A stretch of 64,000 bases of DNA from Candidatus Altiarchaeota archaeon (GTDB lineage: Archaea; Altiarchaeota; Altiarchaeia; IMC4; SCGC-AAA252-I15): assembly GCA_043800705.1 (NCBI GenBank), contig JAZDMS010000010.1, forward strand, positions 147,327 to 211,326, given 5' to 3'. Below are positions 54,685-64,000 of the stretch, piece by piece. The position numbers and the translations under genes were made by a program. Numbering within the stretch: the first letter of the stretch is position 1; each line of letters opens with the position of its first letter. The notes beneath the pieces are model-generated. The model saw only the letters and a program-made list of their open reading frames with translations, was not told where the DNA came from and did no database searches.

Positions 54685-57600
54685 ATGGCCACCCCTAAGC
54701 ATTTGACTCCTGCGGAAAGAGCTGCCAGGCTAGCTCAGGCTCAGAGGATGATCGACGCCGAGGCCAGAAGGCGTCTAGTTGCCATAGAACGGCTTGGCAG
54801 CGACCAGGCGAAGGCCCTTGAACTCATCAGTTTGCATGACACTGAGAGAGCCGTCTTCGATTCATTATCGCACCAGATGACTCCGGAGCAGCAGGATCGG
54901 CTGGCTCCTGTATTCGATTCGATCAAGCATCCTCCGCATTCTCCTGAAGCTGCAGAGACGGCCGACCGTGTCCGCGGCTTATTGAAGAATCTTCCCTCTG
55001 TAAGCGGTACGCACACGGGCGAAAGCGTCTCATCAGCAGGCGCGCCAAGCAGGCCGGTCGTCGTACCAGTCGAACCTGCAGAAGCGCCGGGACCCGGCAT
55101 CACAGTCCCTCCGATCGTACCTATCTCGTCGTCTGGCGATGCGACAAGCGGCGGGGGAGGAGCTCCCGTAGTGTCTGATTCGAACGCCAGCAGGGTCGAT
55201 GTCATACCCGAGCACATCACCTGGCACAACTACAACCCCAGCAGGGGAAGCGCGCTGACGAGGATATTCCCCTCGGCGGTCGAAGACGTGATAGGAGCCG
55301 CCAAATCCACGGGCGCAGGAGAACCCGACGCAGTCGCCCTCACGCAATTGGCATCCGGGCTGAGGAACGTCCTGATAAGGCGCAAACAAAAGGAGGCGGA
55401 ACATGCGGGGGGGCCGTCGACGCCTGTCACTGTGGCCGACAGGGAAGTCAGCAACCTGATGTTCGACCTGATATCCAACACGGCATTGGACATCTCCGAA
55501 GTCAAAGGCGCAAGGACGATGGTCGACCTGTTCGACAAGCTCACCGAAGCCGAGTCGGGATACGGCAGAAAGCAGGCCGAGCAGAGGGACCATGACGGCA
55601 GCAACGTCGTAACGGTCGCGGATGCGCTGGCCCTGCAACGAAGGTTCCTTTTCGAAGGCGACACGAAGAATGCGAAGCTCCTGAGCGACGCCATCGGCAG
55701 GGCGGTGATCTCGAAGATGAAATCCGGAGGTTACCTGACAGCATACGGCCTCGTGGGCCACACCTACAATATAGGAGACGAGAACGCCCTGAAACGGGAT
55801 GGTGTGATATTCGACTCAGCCACTACCCAGGCGCTGGGGAGCAAGGTCCATGCCGAAGTGGCGGTGCAGCTTCACACATACTACCTCTTCCACGACAAAT
55901 CGACCAAGGTGAAACGCCTGCCCTTCCGCGCCCTGGCGCCGAACGGCCCGGCGGAGAGGCCCCCGGTCGCAGGGAGCCTGCGTGATATGGAGACCGCGGA
56001 CAACGAGGCGATCGAGGAGCTTAAGCGTAAATCCCAGCCTCATCCGAACGACCCCAGCCTGGAGGTCGAGAGGACGGACTATGAGGTCGAGATGGCAAGG
56101 ACGTTCAGCGAGATCATGAAGCACGCCCTGGGCGCGGACGTCGAAATACACGGGGCCACGGCCCCCGACTGGTATTTCAGGCTCACGAAGTTCCTCATCA
56201 GCGAACTGTTCATGGACCTGCGCGAGATCCAGACGGAGAAGGCGACCTTCGACCAGGACAACCCGAAGATGCGCGAGATCGAGAAGAAGATCCGGGCCCG
56301 TCTGGCGCGCGGAGACCTAAAGATGGACGGGCTGTTGACGCTCGACGAGGCGATGGAATCCCATGTCAGGACGACGATGGGCTCCCAGACGGTGCGGGGG
56401 TTCAGCCATACCGTCGGCGCGGTATGGGGTGCCGTAGCCATCGATGACGGCGCCTTTGCGACCTCACTACTTGACAAGGTCAACGAGGGACGGCGCGCAA
56501 GGCCCGCAGTCGACAGGAACAGGGACATGCGCCCCGAGACGCTGACTCACGCTGACCAGATACAGGCGTCTGACCTCGACTGGACCGTCGTAGGGGGCAT
56601 CTGCACGGTGGAGGGGATAGCCGACCTGGACACGCTGACCAAGAGGCTTGCGAAGACCAGGGTGATGAGCGACATCTACCGCGGAGTCACACGCTACTTC
56701 GACCTGACACTCAAGCACAGCCAGCTCTCGCAGACCCTCGAACACGACCTGAGGATGAAGAAGCTCTTCCAGAAGCCAAGCGAGATAGACACATCCACAC
56801 AGGAGATATTCCGCTACGACATAGAGCGGCTCTCGGTCGCACAACCGGGAGAACTTAAATATATGGGAGATGATGCCACCCCCGAAGAGGCGGCAAGGAT
56901 ACAGAAGTACCTCAGGGCCTTCATCGGGAGCCCGCCTCCGTACCAGGACCTTGACACGATACGGCTCGTCCAGGCCGCTTTGACATCGACCCAATGGCAG
57001 AACATCCGGGCCGATGAGGCCAGCGGGAAGCTGAAGGGCAAGGCGTACGACGACTTCATCCTCGGCCTCAGCAACATCAACTCCGAAGAGAAAAAGAGGC
57101 TCACAGAATACCTGAAGCTCCTGACCAACGACCCCACTCCGGACGGCAACGCGTTCTTCGCGGCGCTCGTCAACATAGAGGACCACTTCATGAAGACGTT
57201 CGGCAGGACCGTCAACGACGCGTTGAGGCGCTGCAGGGAAAGGGTCGACCTCACCGACGAGACCATGGCGACCGACCAGCAGAAGGCGGAAGTCGTCGGC
57301 TACAGGAAGCAGAAGGTGACGGAATGGCTGAGGGACGCATCCGACAACCTTTTCCCTGAAGAGCACGAGACGATGCAGGCGAGCGTGCAGCTGACGCGCC
57401 TGATGAGCAAGTACGGCGACAGGCTTAACGGGCTTAGAACCAGTCTCGGGAACCCGTATACTCCGATAGGGTATGCGCTGATATTCAGCGAGGACGAACG
57501 CGTAAAGCCCGAAAGGGAGAAGATACTCCGTGAACTCCAGGCCGACCTCTTCAACCCGAACGGCACATTCACCGGTCTGGGGACCTCCATCGCAGGACAT

Positions 57601-60366
57601 TCCGACATAGACAAGGTCAACACGCTCTCCCCCGAGCAACAGAAGCAGAAGACGCTCTGGCTCTACATATACCTCCAGGAATACGCGGCAAGGTACCAGG
57701 GCGACGGGGAGCTTGCCCGCAGGACGATGGACTACGGCGAACAATACGTCCCGCTCTACGGGATACAGGCCGGGGACATGGTCTCATTCATAACCCGCAG
57801 AAAGACCGACCCCGCCGAACAGAAGCTACAGGTGCGGAGAGTCGACAAGAAGGAGATTACTGATAAGCTGGCTATTTCGGCAGGCAGGCTTGGCGGCGGC
57901 AAACCATATAAGAACGTCCTTTTAGTGGAAGGAATAACCGTCATAGACGCTTGGCCCCAGGAGCAGCTTGCGATCGACCAGCTCGTCCAGGACCCCGTGG
58001 TGCGGACGTTCTGGATGAATCTCGCGGCAAACCAGCACGCCTCCAACATGATAATCGACAAGAAGAAGGCGGCAGGAAAGGTCACCATCAAGGATGCATG
58101 CGAGATTCTCGCGACTGCAGGCGTCGAAGACACCAATTCAGCATTAACAGAACTCCCTGAAGTCAGGGAATACTCCGCCCTGTTGAAAAAACCAGTAGCC
58201 TTGCGCACGGCTGCCGATAATTTGCGCATGACCGCACTTGAGGGGATTGTCCTCACCGACGACCAATTGGAGAATTTCCACGACATGAAGGCGGGGGCGC
58301 TGCGTTCCACTGCGCGGTTCCTTCAACTTGAGCCCGGCGCTAATCTAGGTAACCTCGAAAAATTCATCATCCAGTACTCCGACGGCGTGCTGAACCGGTA
58401 CGACCGGAAGTTCGCGGAAGCCGACCTGCAGTTCAAGGGGGCTTACGAGATTGCGGACTCCATCAAGCAGCTCCCGGGAAGGGACCCCGACAAGGACGTG
58501 CGCGTCCTGGCGCTCAACGCCCGCGGGATGACCGTGACCCAGGAGGCGGAGTACTACGAGCGAAAGCTCGAAGAGAGCGAGAAGAAGAAGACGCAGTCCG
58601 CAGCGGACCTGGCGAGGAACCAGGCATGCAGGCAGCTGGCCAAGGCCCGCTATGCCCGAGCCATGGAACTGTATTCGGCATCGCTGCTGATATCCCTCGA
58701 CAAGGAGAAGGACCTTGCATTGACCCTCATGGAGGACAAACCCCTAGTCCAGCTCGACTCGAACGTCTTCTCCAGGATAACCCACTGGTGGAACACAAGG
58801 TTCCGGTTCAAGAGGATATACCAGGCGGCAAAGAAGGTGGAGAATCCGGGCAGCGCCGAAGCCAAATCCGGGCTCGCCAGGGTCAACGCCAAATACTCGA
58901 GGTATGCGGCTGTCGCAGGCGACGGGACGATCAGAACCACGATACAGGGAGCCCTCGGGACAGGGTTCGTGGGTGCTGCGGTGGCGACAGTCTCCGCTGT
59001 CGGAGCGACGGTTGCGGCGGCCTCAGGATTCGGCGTAGTCGGATCCGTCCTGCTGGGGACCGCCGCCGTAGCCGGCGTGGTCGGGACAGGCGGCATCGCG
59101 CTCGGATTGGCAGCGCTTGCGCCGGCCCTGCTCTTTGACAGAAGGAGCCTCGGAGTATTCTGGGGGGAAGAGGCGAGGGAACAGAAAAAACGGTACACCA
59201 ACGTCAGGTACCAGCCTGATGTGAAGAACAAGTTCCTCGAAGGGGACGAGTGGTACTTCGATGCTGAGCTCACAAGGCATGCCGGCAACGCCGCAGGCCT
59301 CGCATACCTGCACCGGGCAGACCGCTCATGGATAGGCTTCCTGCGCTCATCTCCGCTGACCTACATGCTGGGCACGACCTACATCGAAGACTACAAGCAG
59401 GCTGCGATGGCGGAGGACGACCTCATCGGGAACCTGCTGATGCACGTCTCGACGGCCGGTTCGATGGACGACGAGCACAGGTACTTCATGCGCGACTTCC
59501 ACCACGACACCTGGGAGATAAGGCACGCCAAGCGGGCCTCCCTGACCACGTGGAAGGGATACAACGTCGGCTACTCGGGGATGAGGAGATACGTCATACA
59601 GCAGGAGCCGAGGTTCTGGGCGCCGGCCGTGTTCGGGAAATCCCTCGAAGTGCTTACCCGGGAGATAGCGGCGGAGACCGACGGAAAGACTAAGGACGAC
59701 CTTGACGCCGAGGCAGCAGCTCTTGCCCTTGCAGGTGATTATGATGATCTTGCGCTGTTCATGAAGAAGCGCGCACTGCTCGACGGAATGCTGGTGAAAA
59801 ACGGAAAGAACACAGGCATTGATAGTATCATAGATTATGATGAAGCCACAAAAACCTACCATGGATTAAGGCGCCCTGCGGCGCTGAAGGCGCACCTGGA
59901 GGAAAGGTGGGGGCAGGGAGAGGACGTCATAGACGCCGTAGACACGGCCAACCGGTCCGTGAACGTCAAAGGAAACGCCTGGAGCTGGGTGCTCGCCCCC
60001 CTGGACATCCTCTACCGGAACGGGACCCTGACGAGATTGGAAGCGATAATGAGGGAGCGCAAGAAAGTCTCGAACGAGCTAGGGGCATCCGTCGACACGA
60101 GGTCGTACGGCTGCTGGAGGAAGACAAAGCGCATGGGCATGGCAGCAGAACGCGTGAAGCAGTACTCCCTCAAGAGGATGGTGTCCTTCCAGGAGCAGAT
60201 GGACCCGCTCAACGAGTACATCCTCCGCCTGCAGATAGGCGAGACCGTGCTGCAGCTTCGCGACGAGACTGACGAAGCCACGCCCGCAGGCCAGGACCTC
60301 AAGCTGATATCGTCGAAGATCGCAAGAGCCGACAAGGCGTTCATATACCTATCCAGCGCCGCTTGA
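54685..60366 (+). CDS. giant (1893 aa) orphan, mostly helical, with a Gly/Ala-rich hydrophobic hairpin
   Basis: 5.7-kb open frame after an AT-rich promoter region; no signal peptide; GALGTGFVGAAVATVSAVGATVAAASGFGVVGSVLLGTAAVAGVVGTGGIALGLAALAPALL at about 58950-59135. Confidence 0.85.
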   Translation: MATPKHLTPAERAARLAQAQRMIDAEARRRLVAIERLGSDQAKALELISLHDTERAVFDSLSHQMTPEQQDRLAPVFDSIKHPPHSPEAAETADRVRGLLKNLPSVSGTHTGESVSSAGAPSRPVVVPVEPAEAPGPGITVPPIVPISSSGDATSGGGGAPVVSDSNASRVDVIPEHITWHNYNPSRGSALTRIFPSAVEDVIGAAKSTGAGEPDAVALTQLASGLRNVLIRRKQKEAEHAGGPSTPVTVADREVSNLMFDLISNTALDISEVKGARTMVDLFDKLTEAESGYGRKQAEQRDHDGSNVVTVADALALQRRFLFEGDTKNAKLLSDAIGRAVISKMKSGGYLTAYGLVGHTYNIGDENALKRDGVIFDSATTQALGSKVHAEVAVQLHTYYLFHDKSTKVKRLPFRALAPNGPAERPPVAGSLRDMETADNEAIEELKRKSQPHPNDPSLEVERTDYEVEMARTFSEIMKHALGADVEIHGATAPDWYFRLTKFLISELFMDLREIQTEKATFDQDNPKMREIEKKIRARLARGDLKMDGLLTLDEAMESHVRTTMGSQTVRGFSHTVGAVWGAVAIDDGAFATSLLDKVNEGRRARPAVDRNRDMRPETLTHADQIQASDLDWTVVGGICTVEGIADLDTLTKRLAKTRVMSDIYRGVTRYFDLTLKHSQLSQTLEHDLRMKKLFQKPSEIDTSTQEIFRYDIERLSVAQPGELKYMGDDATPEEAARIQKYLRAFIGSPPPYQDLDTIRLVQAALTSTQWQNIRADEASGKLKGKAYDDFILGLSNINSEEKKRLTEYLKLLTNDPTPDGNAFFAALVNIEDHFMKTFGRTVNDALRRCRERVDLTDETMATDQQKAEVVGYRKQKVTEWLRDASDNLFPEEHETMQASVQLTRLMSKYGDRLNGLRTSLGNPYTPIGYALIFSEDERVKPEREKILRELQADLFNPNGTFTGLGTSIAGHSDIDKVNTLSPEQQKQKTLWLYIYLQEYAARYQGDGELARRTMDYGEQYVPLYGIQAGDMVSFITRRKTDPAEQKLQVRRVDKKEITDKLAISAGRLGGGKPYKNVLLVEGITVIDAWPQEQLAIDQLVQDPVVRTFWMNLAANQHASNMIIDKKKAAGKVTIKDACEILATAGVEDTNSALTELPEVREYSALLKKPVALRTAADNLRMTALEGIVLTDDQLENFHDMKAGALRSTARFLQLEPGANLGNLEKFIIQYSDGVLNRYDRKFAEADLQFKGAYEIADSIKQLPGRDPDKDVRVLALNARGMTVTQEAEYYERKLEESEKKKTQSAADLARNQACRQLAKARYARAMELYSASLLISLDKEKDLALTLMEDKPLVQLDSNVFSRITHWWNTRFRFKRIYQAAKKVENPGSAEAKSGLARVNAKYSRYAAVAGDGTIRTTIQGALGTGFVGAAVATVSAVGATVAAASGFGVVGSVLLGTAAVAGVVGTGGIALGLAALAPALLFDRRSLGVFWGEEAREQKKRYTNVRYQPDVKNKFLEGDEWYFDAELTRHAGNAAGLAYLHRADRSWIGFLRSSPLTYMLGTTYIEDYKQAAMAEDDLIGNLLMHVSTAGSMDDEHRYFMRDFHHDTWEIRHAKRASLTTWKGYNVGYSGMRRYVIQQEPRFWAPAVFGKSLEVLTREIAAETDGKTKDDLDAEAAALALAGDYDDLALFMKKRALLDGMLVKNGKNTGIDSIIDYDEATKTYHGLRRPAALKAHLEERWGQGEDVIDAVDTANRSVNVKGNAWSWVLAPLDILYRNGTLTRLEAIMRERKKVSNELGASVDTRSYGCWRKTKRMGMAAERVKQYSLKRMVSFQEQMDPLNEYILRLQIGETVLQLRDETDEATPAGQDLKLISSKIARADKAFIYLSSAA

Positions 60367-60368
60367 AA

Positions 60369-61445
60369 ATGGAAAAAACAAAGATTCCGGTCGTCGCGAT
60401 ACCGGACCTGGACAAGAACATAGAAGAAGTGGCTGCAACGCGCATAGCGAAGATCTCCTCGGGAGGCTGGGGCGCATTCATATTCAAAGCGACCCTCTGG
60501 ACGGGCGGAATAGCGGCCGCACTTTATGGGATAAACGCAATAGCCCATCGCACAGGAACCTCCACGAACATAACATCCCCCCCAGTAGCCTCGGCGACGG
60601 CGACGTCGGCGGTGGAGCGGATGTTGAAGGCCCTCGATGAGTACGTGTTCGAGAGCGGAAGCTACAAAGAGTTCTCGGTCGATGTCGGGAAAAAGACCGG
60701 ATATACGAAGCACAGGGACGACAAAGATCCGTCTTCGAAGGGCGGCGAGGTGGCCGATGTCCAAGTCGACCCGGGCTCAGGCTGCATCATCGTCAAGACC
60801 AGATACACCATGAATGGAAGGACTAACGTGACGACGCATACCCTCACCCCCCAGTCCGATTCCTCCATCAGGAGGTCTTACACGACCGAAGGGAGGGGAA
60901 GCGGCCAAGACCTGCTGGTCGCGGTTTCGAAAAAGGCCAAAACGGAGGATTCCAAGGCCTCTGATATCCCTTCAGGCTCAGGAAAAAAGGCGGCAGAGGC
61001 CGCCAAGGATGGGGCGGACGCGAAGGCAGGGGGGAAAGCCGCTGAAGCCGGGGATACGACGATATTGGAGCCGGTGAATTCCTTTATTGTCAGCCCCCTG
61101 GCGCGGGAACTCATCAACAAACTCAACGTCGGCACATACGCGGGGAAGGACCACAGCCTCATAGATGTCAGCGTGAACACGCTGAACGGAAAAATCACAG
61201 GAAGGATAAAGAACAGGGCGGACAAGTCCCCCGATAGCTTCGGCCAGGTGACTGACGGCAGGGTGGAAGGCGACAATGTCATATACACGACGACCTACAC
61301 CCTCGACGGAAGGACGTACGTCACGACGAACACGCTCACCGACCTAGGCGATGCCGGGATACGCAGGGACTACGAGACGAAGGGGGGCGGGCGCGGATCT
61401 GATACAATCCGCAAGGTGCGCGGCCGCGAGAACATATCAGATTAG
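60369..61445 (+). CDS. membrane-anchored protein with two tandem beta-rich domains
   Basis: N-terminal TM; repeats TRYTMNGRTNVTTHTLTPQSDSSIRRSYTTEGRGSGQD and TTYTLDGRTYVTTNTLTDLGDAGIRRDYETKGGGRGSD; starts 2 nt after the giant gene. Confidence 0.8.
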   Translation: MEKTKIPVVAIPDLDKNIEEVAATRIAKISSGGWGAFIFKATLWTGGIAAALYGINAIAHRTGTSTNITSPPVASATATSAVERMLKALDEYVFESGSYKEFSVDVGKKTGYTKHRDDKDPSSKGGEVADVQVDPGSGCIIVKTRYTMNGRTNVTTHTLTPQSDSSIRRSYTTEGRGSGQDLLVAVSKKAKTEDSKASDIPSGSGKKAAEAAKDGADAKAGGKAAEAGDTTILEPVNSFIVSPLARELINKLNVGTYAGKDHSLIDVSVNTLNGKITGRIKNRADKSPDSFGQVTDGRVEGDNVIYTTTYTLDGRTYVTTNTLTDLGDAGIRRDYETKGGGRGSDTIRKVRGRENISD

Positions 61446-61455
61446 GCTGGGGACG

Positions 61456-63000
61456 CTAAGTGACTCTCCCAAGCTCCCTGAACCTGTACGGGAGCATGTT
61501 CCAGCAGGAGAAGCGGCTCCTGTCCGGCAGGAGCGTCAGGTTCTGCCCCATGTAGTAGTCCGATACCCACCTGAACGTGTTGACCGGCGACATGGACTCA
61601 TAAAGTCCGCTGTCGCCTCCGTCCGGGAGGTGGTAGGCGTTCAGGATTCCCATCCTCTCGTCAAGCTCTCCTTCTGAGTAATCCATAAGCCCGGATTCGT
61701 TGAAGCAGCTTCCGAACTCTCTCCCAACGGACCATGTCCCATGGTCTCCTTGGATTATGATGATGGGGGGCGTCTCCGAGTTGGCCAGGATCTCGTCCAC
61801 GGCGGCCAGGGTCCTCACGTTGACGAACGACAGCTGCCTCACGAACCTATCCTTCGATTCCTCGAGGTCACAGCCTTCCCCGCCGGCGCCGCACCCTTCC
61901 GCTGGCATCCCGTCGCCGTCGAAGTAGAACGGCGGATGGGGGGACATGATGTGGGCTAGGACGAGCTTTTGCCCCGGCATCGGCGCGACCTCCCCGAGGT
62001 TGTCCAGTGTATACAGGATGTCGGCCCTGGTCTCGTCAGACCTTCCGGGGCGGAGAAGGCGCAGGGCCGTGGATCGGATGAATGCGTCGAGGAATTCCCT
62101 GTTCCCGAGGGCGGCGGACGTACCGTATTCGATGTCCGCAGAGGTCATATGGTCCGTGGGCCCCCACCCAGACCTGAAGCTAATGAACATGTACCCCGCG
62201 GATTTCATGAGCCTCTCGAACGCGCTGTCGCGTATCATCCGATACGGGAGGAGATATGCTCTGTAGTCGTAAAAAGATGCGTCAGCCACATCGGGGCCCA
62301 CGAGGCCGTCCATGTAGTCCATGTTGAGTGACGACGCCAGCGACAGGAACGTGCATGCGTAGTTGGCCCTCGACTTTCCGGCCACATAGAAGCCCCTCGC
62401 CTCCAGTTCGCGGAGGAAACCGCTGTTGTCGTAGCCGAAGACCCTATGAAGCGTCTCCTGGCTGGGGTACGAGTCCAGCACTATATAATATATGTCGGGC
62501 CTCCCGTGAGGCATCCTCGCCGGCGAGAGGCCGGTTGCAGGTGGCTCCGGGGTGGTGGCGTCAAGGTAATAAGCGGACACTATGTCGTTCACGGCGAGGA
62601 TGACAAGGGTCAGGGCCGCGAGGTTCAGGAGGGCGTGGGCTTCGTCGAGCCTGTCTTCGGCCCCATGGATCCAGATGAGGGAGGCCGCCCATCCTGCGAG
62701 GTACGCCAACGGCAGTGCGGGACCCGCCCAGACCGGCGCAAGGGCGTCCGACACGTCCCTCATGGTGCCGTATGAGAAGAAGAGCGCGACCGACGCGGAG
62801 GCCGCCAGAGCGGCCTTCGACCTTTCCCCGAAGGCAAGCCGGAACAAGGCATACGATACGCCTGCGACCGCCGCCATCAACGCCAGCGGGGCGACCATGC
62901 CCGAGGCTGCGGCCTGCCCCACGTTCCTGCTGTACAGGAAGACGGCGGGGTATGCGGCTAGGATGGGCAGGTGGTACGGCCTTTCGAATATGCTTTCCAT
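61456..63000 (-). CDS. membrane-bound sulfatase/LTA-synthase-like (alkaline phosphatase superfamily) protein
   Basis: About 5 N-terminal TMs, PDIYYIVLDSY, TFLSLASSLNM, HIMSPHPPF, IIIQGDHG, SPVNTFR; start set at ATG 63000. Confidence 0.85.
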   Translation of the reverse strand: MESIFERPYHLPILAAYPAVFLYSRNVGQAAASGMVAPLALMAAVAGVSYALFRLAFGERSKAALAASASVALFFSYGTMRDVSDALAPVWAGPALPLAYLAGWAASLIWIHGAEDRLDEAHALLNLAALTLVILAVNDIVSAYYLDATTPEPPATGLSPARMPHGRPDIYYIVLDSYPSQETLHRVFGYDNSGFLRELEARGFYVAGKSRANYACTFLSLASSLNMDYMDGLVGPDVADASFYDYRAYLLPYRMIRDSAFERLMKSAGYMFISFRSGWGPTDHMTSADIEYGTSAALGNREFLDAFIRSTALRLLRPGRSDETRADILYTLDNLGEVAPMPGQKLVLAHIMSPHPPFYFDGDGMPAEGCGAGGEGCDLEESKDRFVRQLSFVNVRTLAAVDEILANSETPPIIIIQGDHGTWSVGREFGSCFNESGLMDYSEGELDERMGILNAYHLPDGGDSGLYESMSPVNTFRWVSDYYMGQNLTLLPDRSRFSCWNMLPYRFRELGRVT

Positions 63001-64000
63001 CAGCGCTTCACCATGAGATAGATGGTTCTTCCGGTCCCCGGATTCCGTTCCTTTCGCAGGGTCGTGAATCTGCGGCCGAATTCCGCCTCGAAGCCGTCGA
63101 TTCCGTATTCCGGGAAGACGTCCTCCCTCGATGCGAGCATCCTCTGGACGTTGGGGTCGTCCTTGGGGACGAACTCGACGATGAGCTTCCTGCATATCCT
63201 CGAGAAATAGTCGGCTATCATCCGGAAGGGGATGTTGTCGGTAATAGCCAGATGATGGGTCAATGCTAGGGCGATGACCAGGTCCGCGGGGCCTCGCCCC
63301 GTGAGTGACGCCCTCTCCTCGTTCGCCCACCCCGACGCGGGGCTCGGGTTGGTGACGTCGACGACCAGCGGAAGCAGGTTCCGCTCCGTCCTGGCCTTCG
63401 CCTCCAGGTAGCACTGTTCGACGCAGGCGTGGTCGGCGTCGAACAGGGTCGTCGGTATGCCCTTCTCCGTCGCTAGCCTGCTGAACGCCCCGACGTTTCC
63501 GCCGATGTCCCACACGTCGGTGGGGCGGGATTCGGCGATGTAGCCTGCGACGACGGCCTTCTTCCAGTCCAGCGATTTCCCGCCGTCTCCGTACCTTTCC
63601 CCGTAGTAGCTTGTCCAAGGCGTCCTGTCTGCCCTCAGCCTGAGCCTCTTGACCGCGGATTCAAGGCTGTCGACGAGGCCGAGGAGGGAGTCCTTCCCCA
63701 TGCGCCTGCCCTTCACCTGTCTGTCCGAGAACCTCTTCATAGCATTGGAGTGTAGGTGGACGTGGATGAGGGTCGAAGGGTCAAGGTAGGTGGCCGCTGG
63801 CAGGAGCCTTGACGCCATGTCCAGGGGGACACCGTCGAGGTTCGTCTGTAGGAGCCTGCCGAGGCGTGCGTCCACCTTGGCCATAAGGGTCAGGGGCGCG
63901 AGGAAGTGCTGGCAGAATTGCCGGTATCCGGCCCAGGCGCCGCCTCTCCAGATGTCGAATGAAAGGGTGTCTATCATGACCGGCTTCCCGTCCTGGAACT
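63000..64000 (-). CDS. NoeA-like SAM-dependent methyltransferase (5' part outside window)
   Basis: Frame open to the window edge (FQDGKPVMIDTLSF), WAGYRQFCQHFLAPL, WDIGGNVGAFS, LALTHHLAI, IVEFVPKDD. Confidence 0.82.
   Translation of the reverse strand, partial: FQDGKPVMIDTLSFDIWRGGAWAGYRQFCQHFLAPLTLMAKVDARLGRLLQTNLDGVPLDMASRLLPAATYLDPSTLIHVHLHSNAMKRFSDRQVKGRRMGKDSLLGLVDSLESAVKRLRLRADRTPWTSYYGERYGDGGKSLDWKKAVVAGYIAESRPTDVWDIGGNVGAFSRLATEKGIPTTLFDADHACVEQCYLEAKARTERNLLPLVVDVTNPSPASGWANEERASLTGRGPADLVIALALTHHLAITDNIPFRMIADYFSRICRKLIVEFVPKDDPNVQRMLASREDVFPEYGIDGFEAEFGRRFTTLRKERNPGTGRTIYLMVKR

Noticed and set aside
63001-63618. N-terminal 206 aa of the 720-aa ORF 61456..63618
   Set aside because: It is an alternative frame of the methyltransferase gene; the sulfatase-like protein starts at ATG 63000.

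Overview
This is a GC-rich, gene-dense archaeal chromosomal segment. Archaeal markers include an HMf-type histone, eL34, archaeal adenylate and cytidylate kinases, a DUF106 insertase, Dph6 and a class III signal peptide pilin. The many Thr-rich and Cys-repeat surface proteins suggest a DPANN/Altiarchaeota-like lineage (inference). Left 19 kb: a HydC/NuoE-HydB/NuoF-HydA/NuoG-like oxidoreductase operon running off the left edge, divergent from gcvT, followed by the rest of a complete glycine cleavage system with lipoate synthesis and attachment genes (gcvH, gcvPA, gcvPB, lipA, bipartite lipoate ligase, lpdA). Middle: adk-DUF106-rpl34e-cmk, two histone-fold genes, tRNA-Cys with a degenerate upstream duplicate, valS, glmU-like, a 29-aa bS22/mS38-like basic protein missing from the ORF track, and a block of surface proteins with two membrane-anchored thioredoxins and CcdA. 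Right: lemA plus two DUF3137 genes, an AT-richer orphan, psd/pssA, a DEAD-box helicase, dph6 plus a glutamine amidotransferase, a 1893-aa orphan with a glycine-zipper hairpin and its coupled partner, and sulfatase-like/NoeA-like surface-modification genes. A family of fold-back heptamer (GACCGAA/TTCGGTC) repeats recurs in intergenic spaces. No CRISPR array, rRNA, transposase or integrase was seen. All calls rest on motif recognition by eye; no database searches were run.
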